Origin: an uncultured virus (IMG/VR IMGVR_UViG_3300025769_000078)
Lineage: Duplodnaviria > Heunggongvirae > Uroviricota > Caudoviricetes
Virus record (IMG/VR): IMGVR_UViG_3300025769_000078
Direction: 5' to 3' (one strand)
Length of the DNA stretch: 64,000 nucleotides
Under the pieces are notes generated by a model that was given only the letters and a program-made list of their open reading frames with translations, had not been told where the DNA came from and ran no database searches. Each line of letters opens with the position of its first letter. The stretch's first letter is position 1. Positions 26,590 through 36,739 of the stretch are shown here, in pieces. The translations under genes were made by a program, and so were the position numbers.

Positions 26590-27822
26590 ATGTGGGGGTC
26601 AGCGTTGATTGAAGATGACTTTGGTGAAGTCGTATCGTTTACGCCTGTTCCTTACGAAGAAGTCAAGCCAATTAAGAAGCAACATCACTTTGCTCCTAAT
26701 GGAGACGGTTGGTTTGAAGCAACACTCGGTTGCAATGCTGAAACATTGGTAAAGCGTTTGCGAAAAGCACGAAGAGCAAACAAAGACAATCGTGATGAGA
26801 TTGACAACTTCATCAAAGATGTCCGTATGATTAAGTCTCTTGAAACCGATATGACAATCAATTCACTTTCTTGGGCCGATGGCTATGAAGACATCATCAA
26901 GCGGCTCGGTCTTGATGACCGTAAACTCAAGAGTCTACGCAAGTTTGGTGAATCTCGATGTGTTAATCTTGAGCGTGCATGTATGCTATGGGATAACGCT
27001 GAACAGACGCTCAAAATGTTGGATGAGCATGAAGATGTTTGGGGAGTTGAAGAGCAACAGGCTTGGGCTGGTGCTATGCGAGACAGAAGCGAGGCTCGTA
27101 AAATGTGGTCTTCTACATTACAACCAACGGACAAACTGAAGAAAGCCGAACAAGATTTTCTACAGTTTGCCGCAAAAGAACTGATGGAAAAAGGGCCAAT
27201 GAAGGTCACAACCATACGCAGTAATTTTTCTGATGCTGGTATGTTAAAGAAAGCACAAACAGACAGAAAACTCACAACACTCATGAACATGTATGGTGAA
27301 GATTACGATATTGTCAAAGCACCTCGTCGTGGTGAATATGTTATCATCGCCAGTGACGGTTTGGTAATGAAAGATGTGTGGTCGTATAGCGCTGGTTTTA
27401 TTGATGCTGATGGCTACATTACAATCACAGAGCGTGGTGAACCTCGTGCTGGTATGATAGCAACTGGTGATAGAGGTAAAGTGCATTGTGAAGATTTGTT
27501 CAAGACATTAGAATGCGGTGTTCTCTCTGTTGATAACAAAGTCTACAAAGATTCTCAGAGAAGCCAACATCGTTTACAATTCTACTCAAAGGCTGATTTA
27601 CGAAAGTTACTTGATGGGGTGTCCCCTCATCTTAAGATGAAGTCTACTCAAGCAAAGGCTGTTTTGGCTTATCTTGACGAGAAAGACAAGACTCGTAAAG
27701 AAGAACTCAAACGCTTGGTGCGCTATGAAAACTGGAAAGATGACAGAAAAAAATCTCGTGCTTTGTTAGATGGTTGGGGAATTGACGCAGATACAATCGG
27801 TAAATACAGGGAGGGACTATGA
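26590..27822 (+). CDS. Protein with a C-terminal single LAGLIDADG endonuclease-like domain
   Basis: WSYSAGFIDADGYITI followed by a typical fold tail (HLKMKSTQAKAVL); ~260-aa unknown N-terminal part. Confidence 0.8.
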   Translation: MWGSALIEDDFGEVVSFTPVPYEEVKPIKKQHHFAPNGDGWFEATLGCNAETLVKRLRKARRANKDNRDEIDNFIKDVRMIKSLETDMTINSLSWADGYEDIIKRLGLDDRKLKSLRKFGESRCVNLERACMLWDNAEQTLKMLDEHEDVWGVEEQQAWAGAMRDRSEARKMWSSTLQPTDKLKKAEQDFLQFAAKELMEKGPMKVTTIRSNFSDAGMLKKAQTDRKLTTLMNMYGEDYDIVKAPRRGEYVIIASDGLVMKDVWSYSAGFIDADGYITITERGEPRAGMIATGDRGKVHCEDLFKTLECGVLSVDNKVYKDSQRSQHRLQFYSKADLRKLLDGVSPHLKMKSTQAKAVLAYLDEKDKTRKEELKRLVRYENWKDDRKKSRALLDGWGIDADTIGKYREGL

Positions 27823-29585
27823 TGGCTGATGAAGAGAAAGGTATTGTTGGTCGATTCCTTAGCACGTTAGCCAGTCCTTTCAGAAGGAGAACAACACCTC
27901 AACCTCAAATGCCATTGTATACCACTGGTATACAAGAGCCAGTCTTAGCGCAAGGTATTACTTTACCAGCGCTGTATGCTGTTTCAAATGAGAATCTTAT
28001 TCTCAGAACTGTCATCACAAAACTCGGTCAGGAGATATTCCGTAGAGGTTACTTTTGGGAAAAGAAGTTTCGTAAGAAGTGCGTTGAATGTGAAGAAGAG
28101 TATCAACACGAGGTTACTGAATGCACATCCTGTGGTGGGGAGGTTCGTGACCCTGACCCTGAACAAGTCGTATACGGTAAATGGTTGTTGCAACAAGAGA
28201 ACTCTATGGAACAAAGTTTCATGCAAGTTCTTAGTGAAATTGAACGTGACCTCAACATTGTGGACGATGCGTTTCTTCTGATGATTAAGGAGTATTACGT
28301 CGATGAAAAAACTGGAGAAGTGCAGTTTTACAGAATCAAAGAATTGATTCGTGGTGACCCTATCTTCATGAGAATTATCGCTGATAAACGTGGTGTCCGT
28401 GGTGGTCGATACAAAATTTGTCGTATTCATCGTGACCAAGTTGCTTATCCCGGTCAAGAGCCAAAGTGCCAAGTCTGTGGCTCTCGTTTGGTCGATGCTC
28501 ACTATGTCAATATGGCAGGTTCAGGTAAGAATCAATACTTCATGAAAGGCGAGGTGCTTCACCTTTCAAAATATAATCCCGGTAAATTGTATGGTCGTGC
28601 TCCTGTCAATACACTTTGGCGACAGGCCATGACGCTGACCGCTATGGACAATTACATCTACACAGCCTATCAGAAGCGTAGAATCCCAAAAGGTATTGTG
28701 AGTGTCACCACTGACAACCTTGAATCAATGAAATCGTTTTGGAAGGGTGTTGATGAAAAGATGGAGCGTGACCCTCACTACATTCCGAAAGTTGGTATTG
28801 AGTCAGCATCGGGTCGTGGTGGTGTCAATTGGATTAAGTTCATGGACACACTTGAAGAGATGCAATACATCGCTGTGCGTGATGAAATACGAAACCGCAT
28901 CGCTGCTTTCTATGGTGTCTCTTCTATCTTTATGATTGACAACGGTAAGGCTGGTGGTTTAAACAACGAAGGTCTACAGATTCTTGTAACAAACCGAGCA
29001 GTGGAGTATGGACAGAAGGTGTATACTGAAGTTCTGTTCCCTCGTATGCTCAAAGAGTTGGATGTCACAGATTGGAAACTCACACTTTATCCAAACGAAG
29101 AAGAAGATGAAATCACAAGACTGCGCCGTGACGAGATGGAAGTTAATCTTGCTCAGCGTATGGCTATGCTTGGTTACAAACCTGAACTGATGGAAGAGGG
29201 TGAACGTGACATTCGCTTCATTTATCGAAAGCAAGAGGAGCAACAAGGCGCTCAACCACCAGCAGGTGGAATGCCACCGGGCGGTGGAGGTATGCCGCCG
29301 GGCGGAGGTATGCCACCAAGACAAGGCATGCCACCAATGCAAGGCGGTATGCCTCCTCAGATGATGCAAGGTGGTCGAATGCCTCCTCAGATGATGCCTC
29401 CATCTCAGCCCGGTGGTGAAGGCATGGGAATACGAACTCCACGCTCACCAGCAAGACCTCAGCAAAGGGGTAGCCCCGGCGCTGGTGCTCCTGTAACCAG
29501 TGTTCAACAACGAGGTTTGCAACCAACCCTCCCTCAGCAAAATGCATCGAGATTACAGAACAGTAGAAGGTTGAGAGGACAGTAA
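27819..29585 (+). CDS. Portal protein with Zn-ribbon insertions and a Pro/Gly/Met/Gln-rich tail
   Basis: Lies between TerL and the protease; portal-like DLNIVDDAFL, YGRAPV and RIAAFYGVS motifs. Confidence 0.85.
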   Translation: MMADEEKGIVGRFLSTLASPFRRRTTPQPQMPLYTTGIQEPVLAQGITLPALYAVSNENLILRTVITKLGQEIFRRGYFWEKKFRKKCVECEEEYQHEVTECTSCGGEVRDPDPEQVVYGKWLLQQENSMEQSFMQVLSEIERDLNIVDDAFLLMIKEYYVDEKTGEVQFYRIKELIRGDPIFMRIIADKRGVRGGRYKICRIHRDQVAYPGQEPKCQVCGSRLVDAHYVNMAGSGKNQYFMKGEVLHLSKYNPGKLYGRAPVNTLWRQAMTLTAMDNYIYTAYQKRRIPKGIVSVTTDNLESMKSFWKGVDEKMERDPHYIPKVGIESASGRGGVNWIKFMDTLEEMQYIAVRDEIRNRIAAFYGVSSIFMIDNGKAGGLNNEGLQILVTNRAVEYGQKVYTEVLFPRMLKELDVTDWKLTLYPNEEEDEITRLRRDEMEVNLAQRMAMLGYKPELMEEGERDIRFIYRKQEEQQGAQPPAGGMPPGGGGMPPGGGMPPRQGMPPMQGGMPPQMMQGGRMPPQMMPPSQPGGEGMGIRTPRSPARPQQRGSPGAGAPVTSVQQRGLQPTLPQQNASRLQNSRRLRGQ

Positions 29586-29630
29586 CACTATTTAGGGTGG
29601 TATCACTACGATTACAGTAGAGGCGAGATT

Positions 29631-29978
29631 ATGGACTTAATCAAAATGAATCCTATGGCACGAAAACTAACTGTTCACACAGATGCTTTTAACAAAGCAT
29701 TGGAGAGCAGTGACCCGTTTGCCGCACAACAGCATCTCAATGAAATTCTAAAGTTTGCTGGATATTTGAACGATGATATTCATTCGGCTATCAAGAAAGC
29801 GGAAAACGCAGTTGCAGTTGTCGCACCCGGCGAATCGACTTTGATGAAGATGAACGAAACTGGAGAGCGCCTCAACTCTGTTCAACGAAGCGACGTGCTA
29901 CCCGGCACAATTATCTCAGGTCGAGTAGGTCGTGGGTTCACAAAGCACACTGGCACGTTTGGTCGTTACGTTCAATGA
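29631..29978 (+). CDS. Hypothetical head-module protein
   Basis: 115-aa ORF in the head operon. Confidence 0.7.
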   Translation: MDLIKMNPMARKLTVHTDAFNKALESSDPFAAQQHLNEILKFAGYLNDDIHSAIKKAENAVAVVAPGESTLMKMNETGERLNSVQRSDVLPGTIISGRVGRGFTKHTGTFGRYVQ

Positions 29979-29988
29979 AGGTGATTAA

Positions 29989-30336
29989 ATGTCCGAAGAA
30001 TCCACTGCTGAGCGTTTGATGAATGCTCTGATTACAAAAATGGAAAACATGGATAGCGACCTTCAGGTTTTGAAAACAGAAAACATACAACTCAAACAGG
30101 CTTTGAGCGACCCTATTTCAATGCTAAGAAAAGCAGGGTTTGTAGCCACCATGACACCGCTAAGCCAAGATGTCGCTACTGACGCATTCAGAGGAGACAT
30201 CGGTGTAGGAACGTCTGATGACTCTGCTTTGCTAAAGAGTCAGAGCGAATACACAAACAACGAGATTCACTTGATGTCTTGGGAGGAAATTCATGAAATG
30301 GCCGAACAAGCAAAATCAACCGAGGTGACACAATGA
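29989..30336 (+). CDS. Coiled-coil protein with a scaffold-like C-terminal MSWEEIH motif
   Basis: AGGTGA RBS; C-terminus resembles MSWDEVH at the end of the protease/scaffold. Confidence 0.7.
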   Translation: MSEESTAERLMNALITKMENMDSDLQVLKTENIQLKQALSDPISMLRKAGFVATMTPLSQDVATDAFRGDIGVGTSDDSALLKSQSEYTNNEIHLMSWEEIHEMAEQAKSTEVTQ

Positions 30337-31169
30337 AGCCAATTGCATCCCCAATGAGCCGACAAGCATTTGACCTAATGAACAAAGCCCAATTTATGAT
30401 TGAGCGTATTGAAACTCTTGAAAAGGCAAAATGTGATTGCCCTGCTGGTAAGTGCGATTGTAAGGATTGTCCTGAGTGTGGTAAGAAAATGACCAAGATG
30501 GGAACTTGTAAAGGCAGTTGTAATGCTATGGAAAAGGGTATTGAAATGGTCGAGCACGATGGTAAGAAAGTGCCAAAGTTTGCTGCTGACGGAAAAGGCG
30601 CAAAGGACATGAAGACAAAAGCCAACACATTCACAATTGCTGACGCTCAAAAGAGAAACATGGGTGAAGCCCCCGAACCACGACAACCACGAAGTTTCCC
30701 TAATAATCCTGACATGTCTCCAATGGGTGAAATGCCTATGCGAGAAGATACTGGTGAAAGTGATTTCAGAATGAACGAAGGCCCACCTCGACAGCAAAAG
30801 CGTGGTGAAAGGCGTGGTGTTGCAATCAAGCGACCCGGCTTCCGAAGCAACGAGCAAATGCCTTTGAGTGATAAAAGCCCAAGAGTGCAAGTTGAAAAAG
30901 CAGTTGCTGAAGGCTCTCAACCCGGCTTTACTACATCGTATGACTCCTCTCCAATGGGTGTCATGTTTATGTCTGAAACTGGTGGTCAGACAAGAAACGC
31001 TTACTACACAACCAATCAATATCCATACAACGCTGAAGACGTTGCCAACAAAGGCGCTACATCAGTGCAAGTCAGTCTTGACAAGTTGGCCTCTATGTTG
31101 AACCCACACGAAGGTGGCGGAGTAAGTCGTCTTGACAACAACGGGGTTCTCAGCAACAGCCCCTATTGA
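30333..31169 (+). CDS. Modular head-associated protein (Cys cluster, KKVPKFAADGKG module)
   Basis: Modules separated by LEKA, MEKG and VEKA motifs. Confidence 0.7.
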   Translation: MKPIASPMSRQAFDLMNKAQFMIERIETLEKAKCDCPAGKCDCKDCPECGKKMTKMGTCKGSCNAMEKGIEMVEHDGKKVPKFAADGKGAKDMKTKANTFTIADAQKRNMGEAPEPRQPRSFPNNPDMSPMGEMPMREDTGESDFRMNEGPPRQQKRGERRGVAIKRPGFRSNEQMPLSDKSPRVQVEKAVAEGSQPGFTTSYDSSPMGVMFMSETGGQTRNAYYTTNQYPYNAEDVANKGATSVQVSLDKLASMLNPHEGGGVSRLDNNGVLSNSPY

Positions 31170-31181
31170 GGGGGTTTTTGA

Positions 31182-34100
31182 TTGATTGAAACGCCATCCG
31201 ATTGGTATTACAGAAGTCGTAACGAACTTCTCAAGTCAATCATAGATGGTATCAACATCCCTAATGCTGTTGGAGACTTTCACTTTGCTAAGATGAATTT
31301 AGAAAATCATGGCATTCATATTGATGCGACACCTATGGATGAAATCTGTGATTCGTTGCTCAAGCAAGCCAAGAAAAAGCGACACCGATTCGATAAGAAA
31401 CAAAAGGGTGTGTTCAGTTTTGAACGAGGCGCAGAGATGCGAATTGGTAATCATCCGTGGCAAGGACGTATGAGAGAGCGCCCCTTGTTTGATTTGGCCT
31501 CTTCGTTCCCTCATGCTGAGTTCGCTCAGGGGCAACATTATCCTGAGTCGCATCCTCATCATAAAAACCATCATCCTCTACGTCAGAAGCACGCCATAAC
31601 TGGTAGGTCAAAAATGACAGAAAAGTTACGACGCTTCTACTTAGCATCTGAGCCGAGTGGTGATAGTTTGGCTAAACTATACAAGGAAGCCGAAAAAGGC
31701 AAAGAAAGTTATGAGCAAAAGCAAAACAACTTGTCGGTAATTGGTAAGACAAAGTTCGATAACGCAATAGGTAAGGATGTTAAGCACTACAATCATCTTG
31801 GGCCTTTGAAAGACAACTATGCTTACGACTTTTATCTCCGAGACTTTGAACGATGGAAAAAAGAAAACCCAGCAGCCGTCAATGAAATGATGGACAAATA
31901 CCCCATACCCGCTGAGCACGAGCACGCTCTACAATTGATGCACTTTGAAGATGCTGCTGACAGATGGGAAGGCGACCAGTATCACAGTGAGATGTATGAC
32001 CCAAAGGAGGGTATGACAGAACAAGAGATTCAAGACCATCTTTACAGCGGTGCGAGCGAGGCTGACCTTGAGGCAAAACCGCTTAGAGAAGCACTTGGGT
32101 ATGAGGGCTATCTCTACGGTTTGGAATTTTTATCTCCGCTTGAAAGACAGAAAGTTATCGACCACATCCACGAAAAAGGCACAGATGCTCACGATGTTCA
32201 AAACATTGACTTGGGCGGTGGTGTGAACATTAGCGCTGGGCGTATCAAACGAAACCTCGCTCAGCGATTTACTGGTGAGTTTGACCACTACATGCGACCA
32301 CAGCACATTCATGGTGCGAATGTTAGGAGACACTACGAAACAATTGATGACATTCCAAACGGAGAACAGAGATTCGTTAATCAATCCTTGATACAGGCGA
32401 TGCAAGACATCCCTTTTGATAGCGATAACGAGTCTACAACATCTGTTTATGACAACCTTCTTGCTGAATACAATGAACTTCTTACTGAGCACAAGGATGC
32501 TCTTGATGTTGGTGCATTTGAAAAACCACCTGATGAAGATGAAGATTTCATCAACCAACTACCAGTTAGAGCGATGCGACAAGGTGCAAAAATCCACGAA
32601 GGTGCAAAGGCACACCCAGTTCATCATGGTGAGGGTATTCTTCAAGAGTTGAAGGTGCTTGATGAAAAAGAGCAAAATTTTGTAGATGTAAAAACAATGC
32701 TGGCTCTTATGGGTTACAATGAAGACATGACTGAAATGGACTCACACCCTCTACTACTTGGGTATGAAGGGCCACTTGTTTCTCAGACTAAAATCAAGCA
32801 AATCATAGATAGAGCAAAAGAGTTGGCTAAGGAAAACAAGGAACAGAAGCCAGTTCGTAATCATGATTGGTTTCATCATGGAGGCTCAAACGGTTACGAC
32901 ATCACTGATATTCCAGTAGATGAAAGAGAACATTACCTCACAGACAATATGGGTAACATCATTGGGCTTGGTGCTCACTTTGCTGATGAGTTTCATCATC
33001 AAGGTGGTATGGGTAGAAACGTCTTGCATTATTTGGAGATGATACATGACTCCTTACCAAAAGACGCTCAGGGTTTTTCCGTCATCGGTAAAGTTGAGGG
33101 TAATGAGTTTCTTCCTAATCCAAAAACAATAGGGCTTTGGGGTCGATACGTTCCTTCTCTGTATTCAAAACTCATAAAAGAACACATTGGAGGACATGGT
33201 ATCTCTTCTCTGTGGGATTCTTCAAATCATATTCATCGTAAACCAAGAAACAACAAGAACATGCCCTTTCGACAAGCATCTTCTTTGAACGGAGAATACG
33301 CAAATGCAATTCGTTACATGACCAAAAACGAAAGACAGATTGCCTACAACGGCCCTGCTTGGAATGTCCATCAAGATGGTTCAAACCACTTTACCTCAAA
33401 TCCAATCAACGCCATAGGTGGTATGGGTATGCAACTCACACAATCGCATGTAAACTCAGTAAAATCCCATCGTAACGCAACAATGGGTGGTCGTCTTCAT
33501 CCTCCACACGAGCCTATGAAGAAGAATCGTCGTCTTAGCCGAAGCAATTTACCTGCTAATGCAAGGCTGAGTCATAATGAAAATAGCAAAGAACTGTTCC
33601 GTATTCATCAAGGACATAAGACAAAGAAAGATGATGTAAGAGGAATGCTAACTGAATCACAACGAAATACTGTTCAAGAATTGGATGATGAGTATGATGA
33701 TATTAGCATCGCTATAGAAGGTATGGAACAGGGTAGCGATGAATACGCACAAGCCAACGCACGACTGCATGAAATAGAGGCTGAAATTGATGACATCCAC
33801 GCACTGGCCCAGCCTGATTTTGTTAATCAGTTTGAACATGTATCAAATCATTCAGAAATAAAAGACGAAACCGACCTAAATGCTATTTTGGCTATGGCTC
33901 AGAAAATAAAACCTGAATATGAAAAAGCCGACCCTGATGCTTTCAACCCTGAGTTCCCTGACAAGTTTATAGCGAATACTTCTCGTTTGTTCAAGGATGC
34001 TAACCTTGCTTTGTTGCGATTACCTCATGAGACGCATGGCTTAGAAACACATGGCTATGGTGAAACCATGAAAGAGCAAAAAAGCGCCAGTGAATTGCTT

Positions 34101-36695
34101 TCTCAAGGTGAAGATGTTGTATCGCCTCATCACACTATAGCAAGCGTTTTGGGCGCTGCTGGTAAAGAAATTCTACCTACACACTCTCCTGAAAAAGTTC
34201 GCTCTCTTCTTAATTTACCAAACGATGATGCTCACAATCACATGATTACAAGATTGCTTGAGGGTATGGATGCGCCTGTCAAAGTTCTACGACATGGTGA
34301 TTTGTTAGGCTCAGGTGTTAGTTTTGCTGGTGAGGAAACAAATGACATGTTTACCACTGACGACCATCATGGGACTATAGATGCCATGTTCAATAACCAC
34401 AAAAGAACACGCACGCCAGCAAAAGAAGATGGGACTAAACATAATATCGAAAATAAGCAGTTTGCACAAAAATTCAGAAAAGAATATGGTGGTCATCTTG
34501 AATTTATGGAACAATTATTCAATCCAAGACAACAAAATTCATATCAAACTCATGGCTTATCTCGTGTGCAATTAACTGATTTTGCCGATGAAAGATACAA
34601 AAGAGGAAAGAAGGGGTTTATGGCTACTGGAAGTTTGAAGGGTTTCGCTGGTGGTCTAAACGAAGCCAAGAGTAGAGTTCACGACCTTATTGTATTCGAC
34701 CCAACAAAAGCAAAGACGATGGAGAAGGTAGTAGCACCCTCTACGAAAGTCAAAGAGGCAAACTTTGGTATGTTCCCAATTCACCCCGCTGTGGGTGGTC
34801 GAGGTGTTAGTGTCCAAGATATGTTTGTGTCAGGCACAATGGACAGCGGTTACGCACAATTGCATCCATCTGTTGGTGCTGAGTTCCCCGGTAACAAAAC
34901 CATTATGGTAGGCACAAACACAGAGCCTGAGTATTTGCACAGCATTCCTGAAGAGTTAATGACTGCTGTTCATGGTCAAGATGCAGTTCAACAAGTATTG
35001 TCATCAGGCTATCAAGTTCCTGTCGCCACTACCAACATGAATCGTCCTGACATCACTGGTCTACCTCCAAACATTGACGCTATGAACATCTCGACAAGCG
35101 ACCCATCTGAAACACTGATGGTGCTGATGAATCCTGATGCTTTATTGAAAGAAGACAAGGCTCGTCCTCCTCCTATTCTACCGATGCATCGTATCTTCAG
35201 TCTCAAAGATTTTGAAGCACTACGAGGATTCAGCGGTGATTGGGTTGTCTCAGCATTCTACGATGGTGAGCGTATGATAATCATGCGAAAGGGGAATCGC
35301 TTTACTGCTTACGACGGTGACAACAACGCAGTGCCAATAAGCGAAGAAAACAAAGCAAGTCTCAAAAAACTGACTGAGAAGAACTACATTATCGACGCAG
35401 TGCAAATGAAAGACAACATCCACATCATTGACCTGCTTGACTACGATGACACAAATGTGTCAGATATGACAGTAAGAGAGCGACTCAAAATTCTAAGGGG
35501 TCAGTTCGACAGTCACGATAACGTCTTAGTTCCCGGCCCTTATGATACTCGCATTACAGAAGATGGTGGGCTTCAAGCCACAGTAGAAAGTCTACAGGAA
35601 GAACACAAACAACTGCTGCTCCGTGATGGTAACTCAACTTACATGCGAGGAGAGCGTAGACATCCAAAGTGGTTCTTGCTTCGTAAGAACAAGAATGTCA
35701 GTTTCATTATCTTGGATGCACGAGGTAAAGGGCCATACACCTATCGTTTAGGAGCAGGGCCACTCGACTCAGAAGGCTTTGGTAATCGAGGTGTTGATTA
35801 TGATGGTAAGCAGTATCTCGATGTTGGGACTATCAAAAGTCCCAAGCCATTCAAAGAAGGTGATACGGTTTCCATATCTGTATCGGGTGTTAAAAAGCGG
35901 AATCGAAACGGCAAAACAATCTACGATGTAACCTCTTCAAAGATAGTAGGAGAGGCTGATGCTGAAAGTCCAGCGAGTCTTGAGACGCTATCTCTACTGG
36001 CAAAATCTCACCCAGTTATTCCAGTTCCATACGATATTACTCTCAAAGATGACAGAATATCCATTGTTTTTGATGGCTTAGACGAAGTTGTTTACAAGGC
36101 AGAATCCAGTCATACTGGGAATTGGGCGCACTCACCACACTCTGTTATGGGTGAGTTGAGCCAGTCTGACTACACGCTTCAACTGGCTGAAAGCGTTAGA
36201 CCGCTATGGAATCAGGCTGTGTCGTTGATGCTCAAAGGAGTCGATAAGAAGGATGATACTGTGGTTGAAGAGATTATTCCTGACAAGACATATCACTCCA
36301 TGCATTCTGAAAAAGACAGAAGGCACAGCGAAAAACAATCGGCTGGTATCATTGATGCCGATGATGAAATGAACATCATGAAGCCCAGTATGAAAACAAT
36401 GCTCAAGACAATAACTCGTATCGCTGATTTGACAGAACGGCTTGATAGTCTACAAAAAGAGAAGATGACTGGTGGTGCGAGTAGAGGTGGTTTAGGAATT
36501 GATGTTGGTAGTGCCATTGAATCACCACGAGGGCCAACCAGTCTGACCAGCGAAGAAAGTGTCCCCGACTGGGACATGATTGAGCGCCCGACAGAGGATT
36601 CGGAAAAAGAATACGAGCATGTGCGTAACAAACGCTTAGAGCGAAAAAAACGCAAGCAGCACAGCGATTTAGACGATGAGGATGAAGAAGAGTGA
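31182..36695 (+). CDS. 1837-aa protein with a His-rich N-terminal region and a C-terminal ATP-dependent DNA ligase-like (NTase + OB) fold lacking the catalytic Lys
   Basis: WVVSAFYDGER (versus KxDGxR), YIIDAV, HIIDLL, RERLKIL, LLLRD..STYMRGER..KWFLLR. Confidence 0.8.
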   Translation: MIETPSDWYYRSRNELLKSIIDGINIPNAVGDFHFAKMNLENHGIHIDATPMDEICDSLLKQAKKKRHRFDKKQKGVFSFERGAEMRIGNHPWQGRMRERPLFDLASSFPHAEFAQGQHYPESHPHHKNHHPLRQKHAITGRSKMTEKLRRFYLASEPSGDSLAKLYKEAEKGKESYEQKQNNLSVIGKTKFDNAIGKDVKHYNHLGPLKDNYAYDFYLRDFERWKKENPAAVNEMMDKYPIPAEHEHALQLMHFEDAADRWEGDQYHSEMYDPKEGMTEQEIQDHLYSGASEADLEAKPLREALGYEGYLYGLEFLSPLERQKVIDHIHEKGTDAHDVQNIDLGGGVNISAGRIKRNLAQRFTGEFDHYMRPQHIHGANVRRHYETIDDIPNGEQRFVNQSLIQAMQDIPFDSDNESTTSVYDNLLAEYNELLTEHKDALDVGAFEKPPDEDEDFINQLPVRAMRQGAKIHEGAKAHPVHHGEGILQELKVLDEKEQNFVDVKTMLALMGYNEDMTEMDSHPLLLGYEGPLVSQTKIKQIIDRAKELAKENKEQKPVRNHDWFHHGGSNGYDITDIPVDEREHYLTDNMGNIIGLGAHFADEFHHQGGMGRNVLHYLEMIHDSLPKDAQGFSVIGKVEGNEFLPNPKTIGLWGRYVPSLYSKLIKEHIGGHGISSLWDSSNHIHRKPRNNKNMPFRQASSLNGEYANAIRYMTKNERQIAYNGPAWNVHQDGSNHFTSNPINAIGGMGMQLTQSHVNSVKSHRNATMGGRLHPPHEPMKKNRRLSRSNLPANARLSHNENSKELFRIHQGHKTKKDDVRGMLTESQRNTVQELDDEYDDISIAIEGMEQGSDEYAQANARLHEIEAEIDDIHALAQPDFVNQFEHVSNHSEIKDETDLNAILAMAQKIKPEYEKADPDAFNPEFPDKFIANTSRLFKDANLALLRLPHETHGLETHGYGETMKEQKSASELLSQGEDVVSPHHTIASVLGAAGKEILPTHSPEKVRSLLNLPNDDAHNHMITRLLEGMDAPVKVLRHGDLLGSGVSFAGEETNDMFTTDDHHGTIDAMFNNHKRTRTPAKEDGTKHNIENKQFAQKFRKEYGGHLEFMEQLFNPRQQNSYQTHGLSRVQLTDFADERYKRGKKGFMATGSLKGFAGGLNEAKSRVHDLIVFDPTKAKTMEKVVAPSTKVKEANFGMFPIHPAVGGRGVSVQDMFVSGTMDSGYAQLHPSVGAEFPGNKTIMVGTNTEPEYLHSIPEELMTAVHGQDAVQQVLSSGYQVPVATTNMNRPDITGLPPNIDAMNISTSDPSETLMVLMNPDALLKEDKARPPPILPMHRIFSLKDFEALRGFSGDWVVSAFYDGERMIIMRKGNRFTAYDGDNNAVPISEENKASLKKLTEKNYIIDAVQMKDNIHIIDLLDYDDTNVSDMTVRERLKILRGQFDSHDNVLVPGPYDTRITEDGGLQATVESLQEEHKQLLLRDGNSTYMRGERRHPKWFLLRKNKNVSFIILDARGKGPYTYRLGAGPLDSEGFGNRGVDYDGKQYLDVGTIKSPKPFKEGDTVSISVSGVKKRNRNGKTIYDVTSSKIVGEADAESPASLETLSLLAKSHPVIPVPYDITLKDDRISIVFDGLDEVVYKAESSHTGNWAHSPHSVMGELSQSDYTLQLAESVRPLWNQAVSLMLKGVDKKDDTVVEEIIPDKTYHSMHSEKDRRHSEKQSAGIIDADDEMNIMKPSMKTMLKTITRIADLTERLDSLQKEKMTGGASRGGLGIDVGSAIESPRGPTSLTSEESVPDWDMIERPTEDSEKEYEHVRNKRLERKKRKQHSDLDDEDEEE

Positions 36696-36739
36696 TGCCG
36701 CTTTATTTATGTAGGTGAACAAACACAGGAGTAGATAGT

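Noticed and set aside
26590..27822. Intein or group I intron carrying the LAGLIDADG domain
   Set aside because: No splicing motifs (N-terminal Cys/Ser block, C-terminal HN) and the flanking genes appear intact.
31182..36695. Functional ATP-dependent DNA ligase
   Set aside because: The motif I lysine is replaced by Phe and motifs III-V are degenerate.
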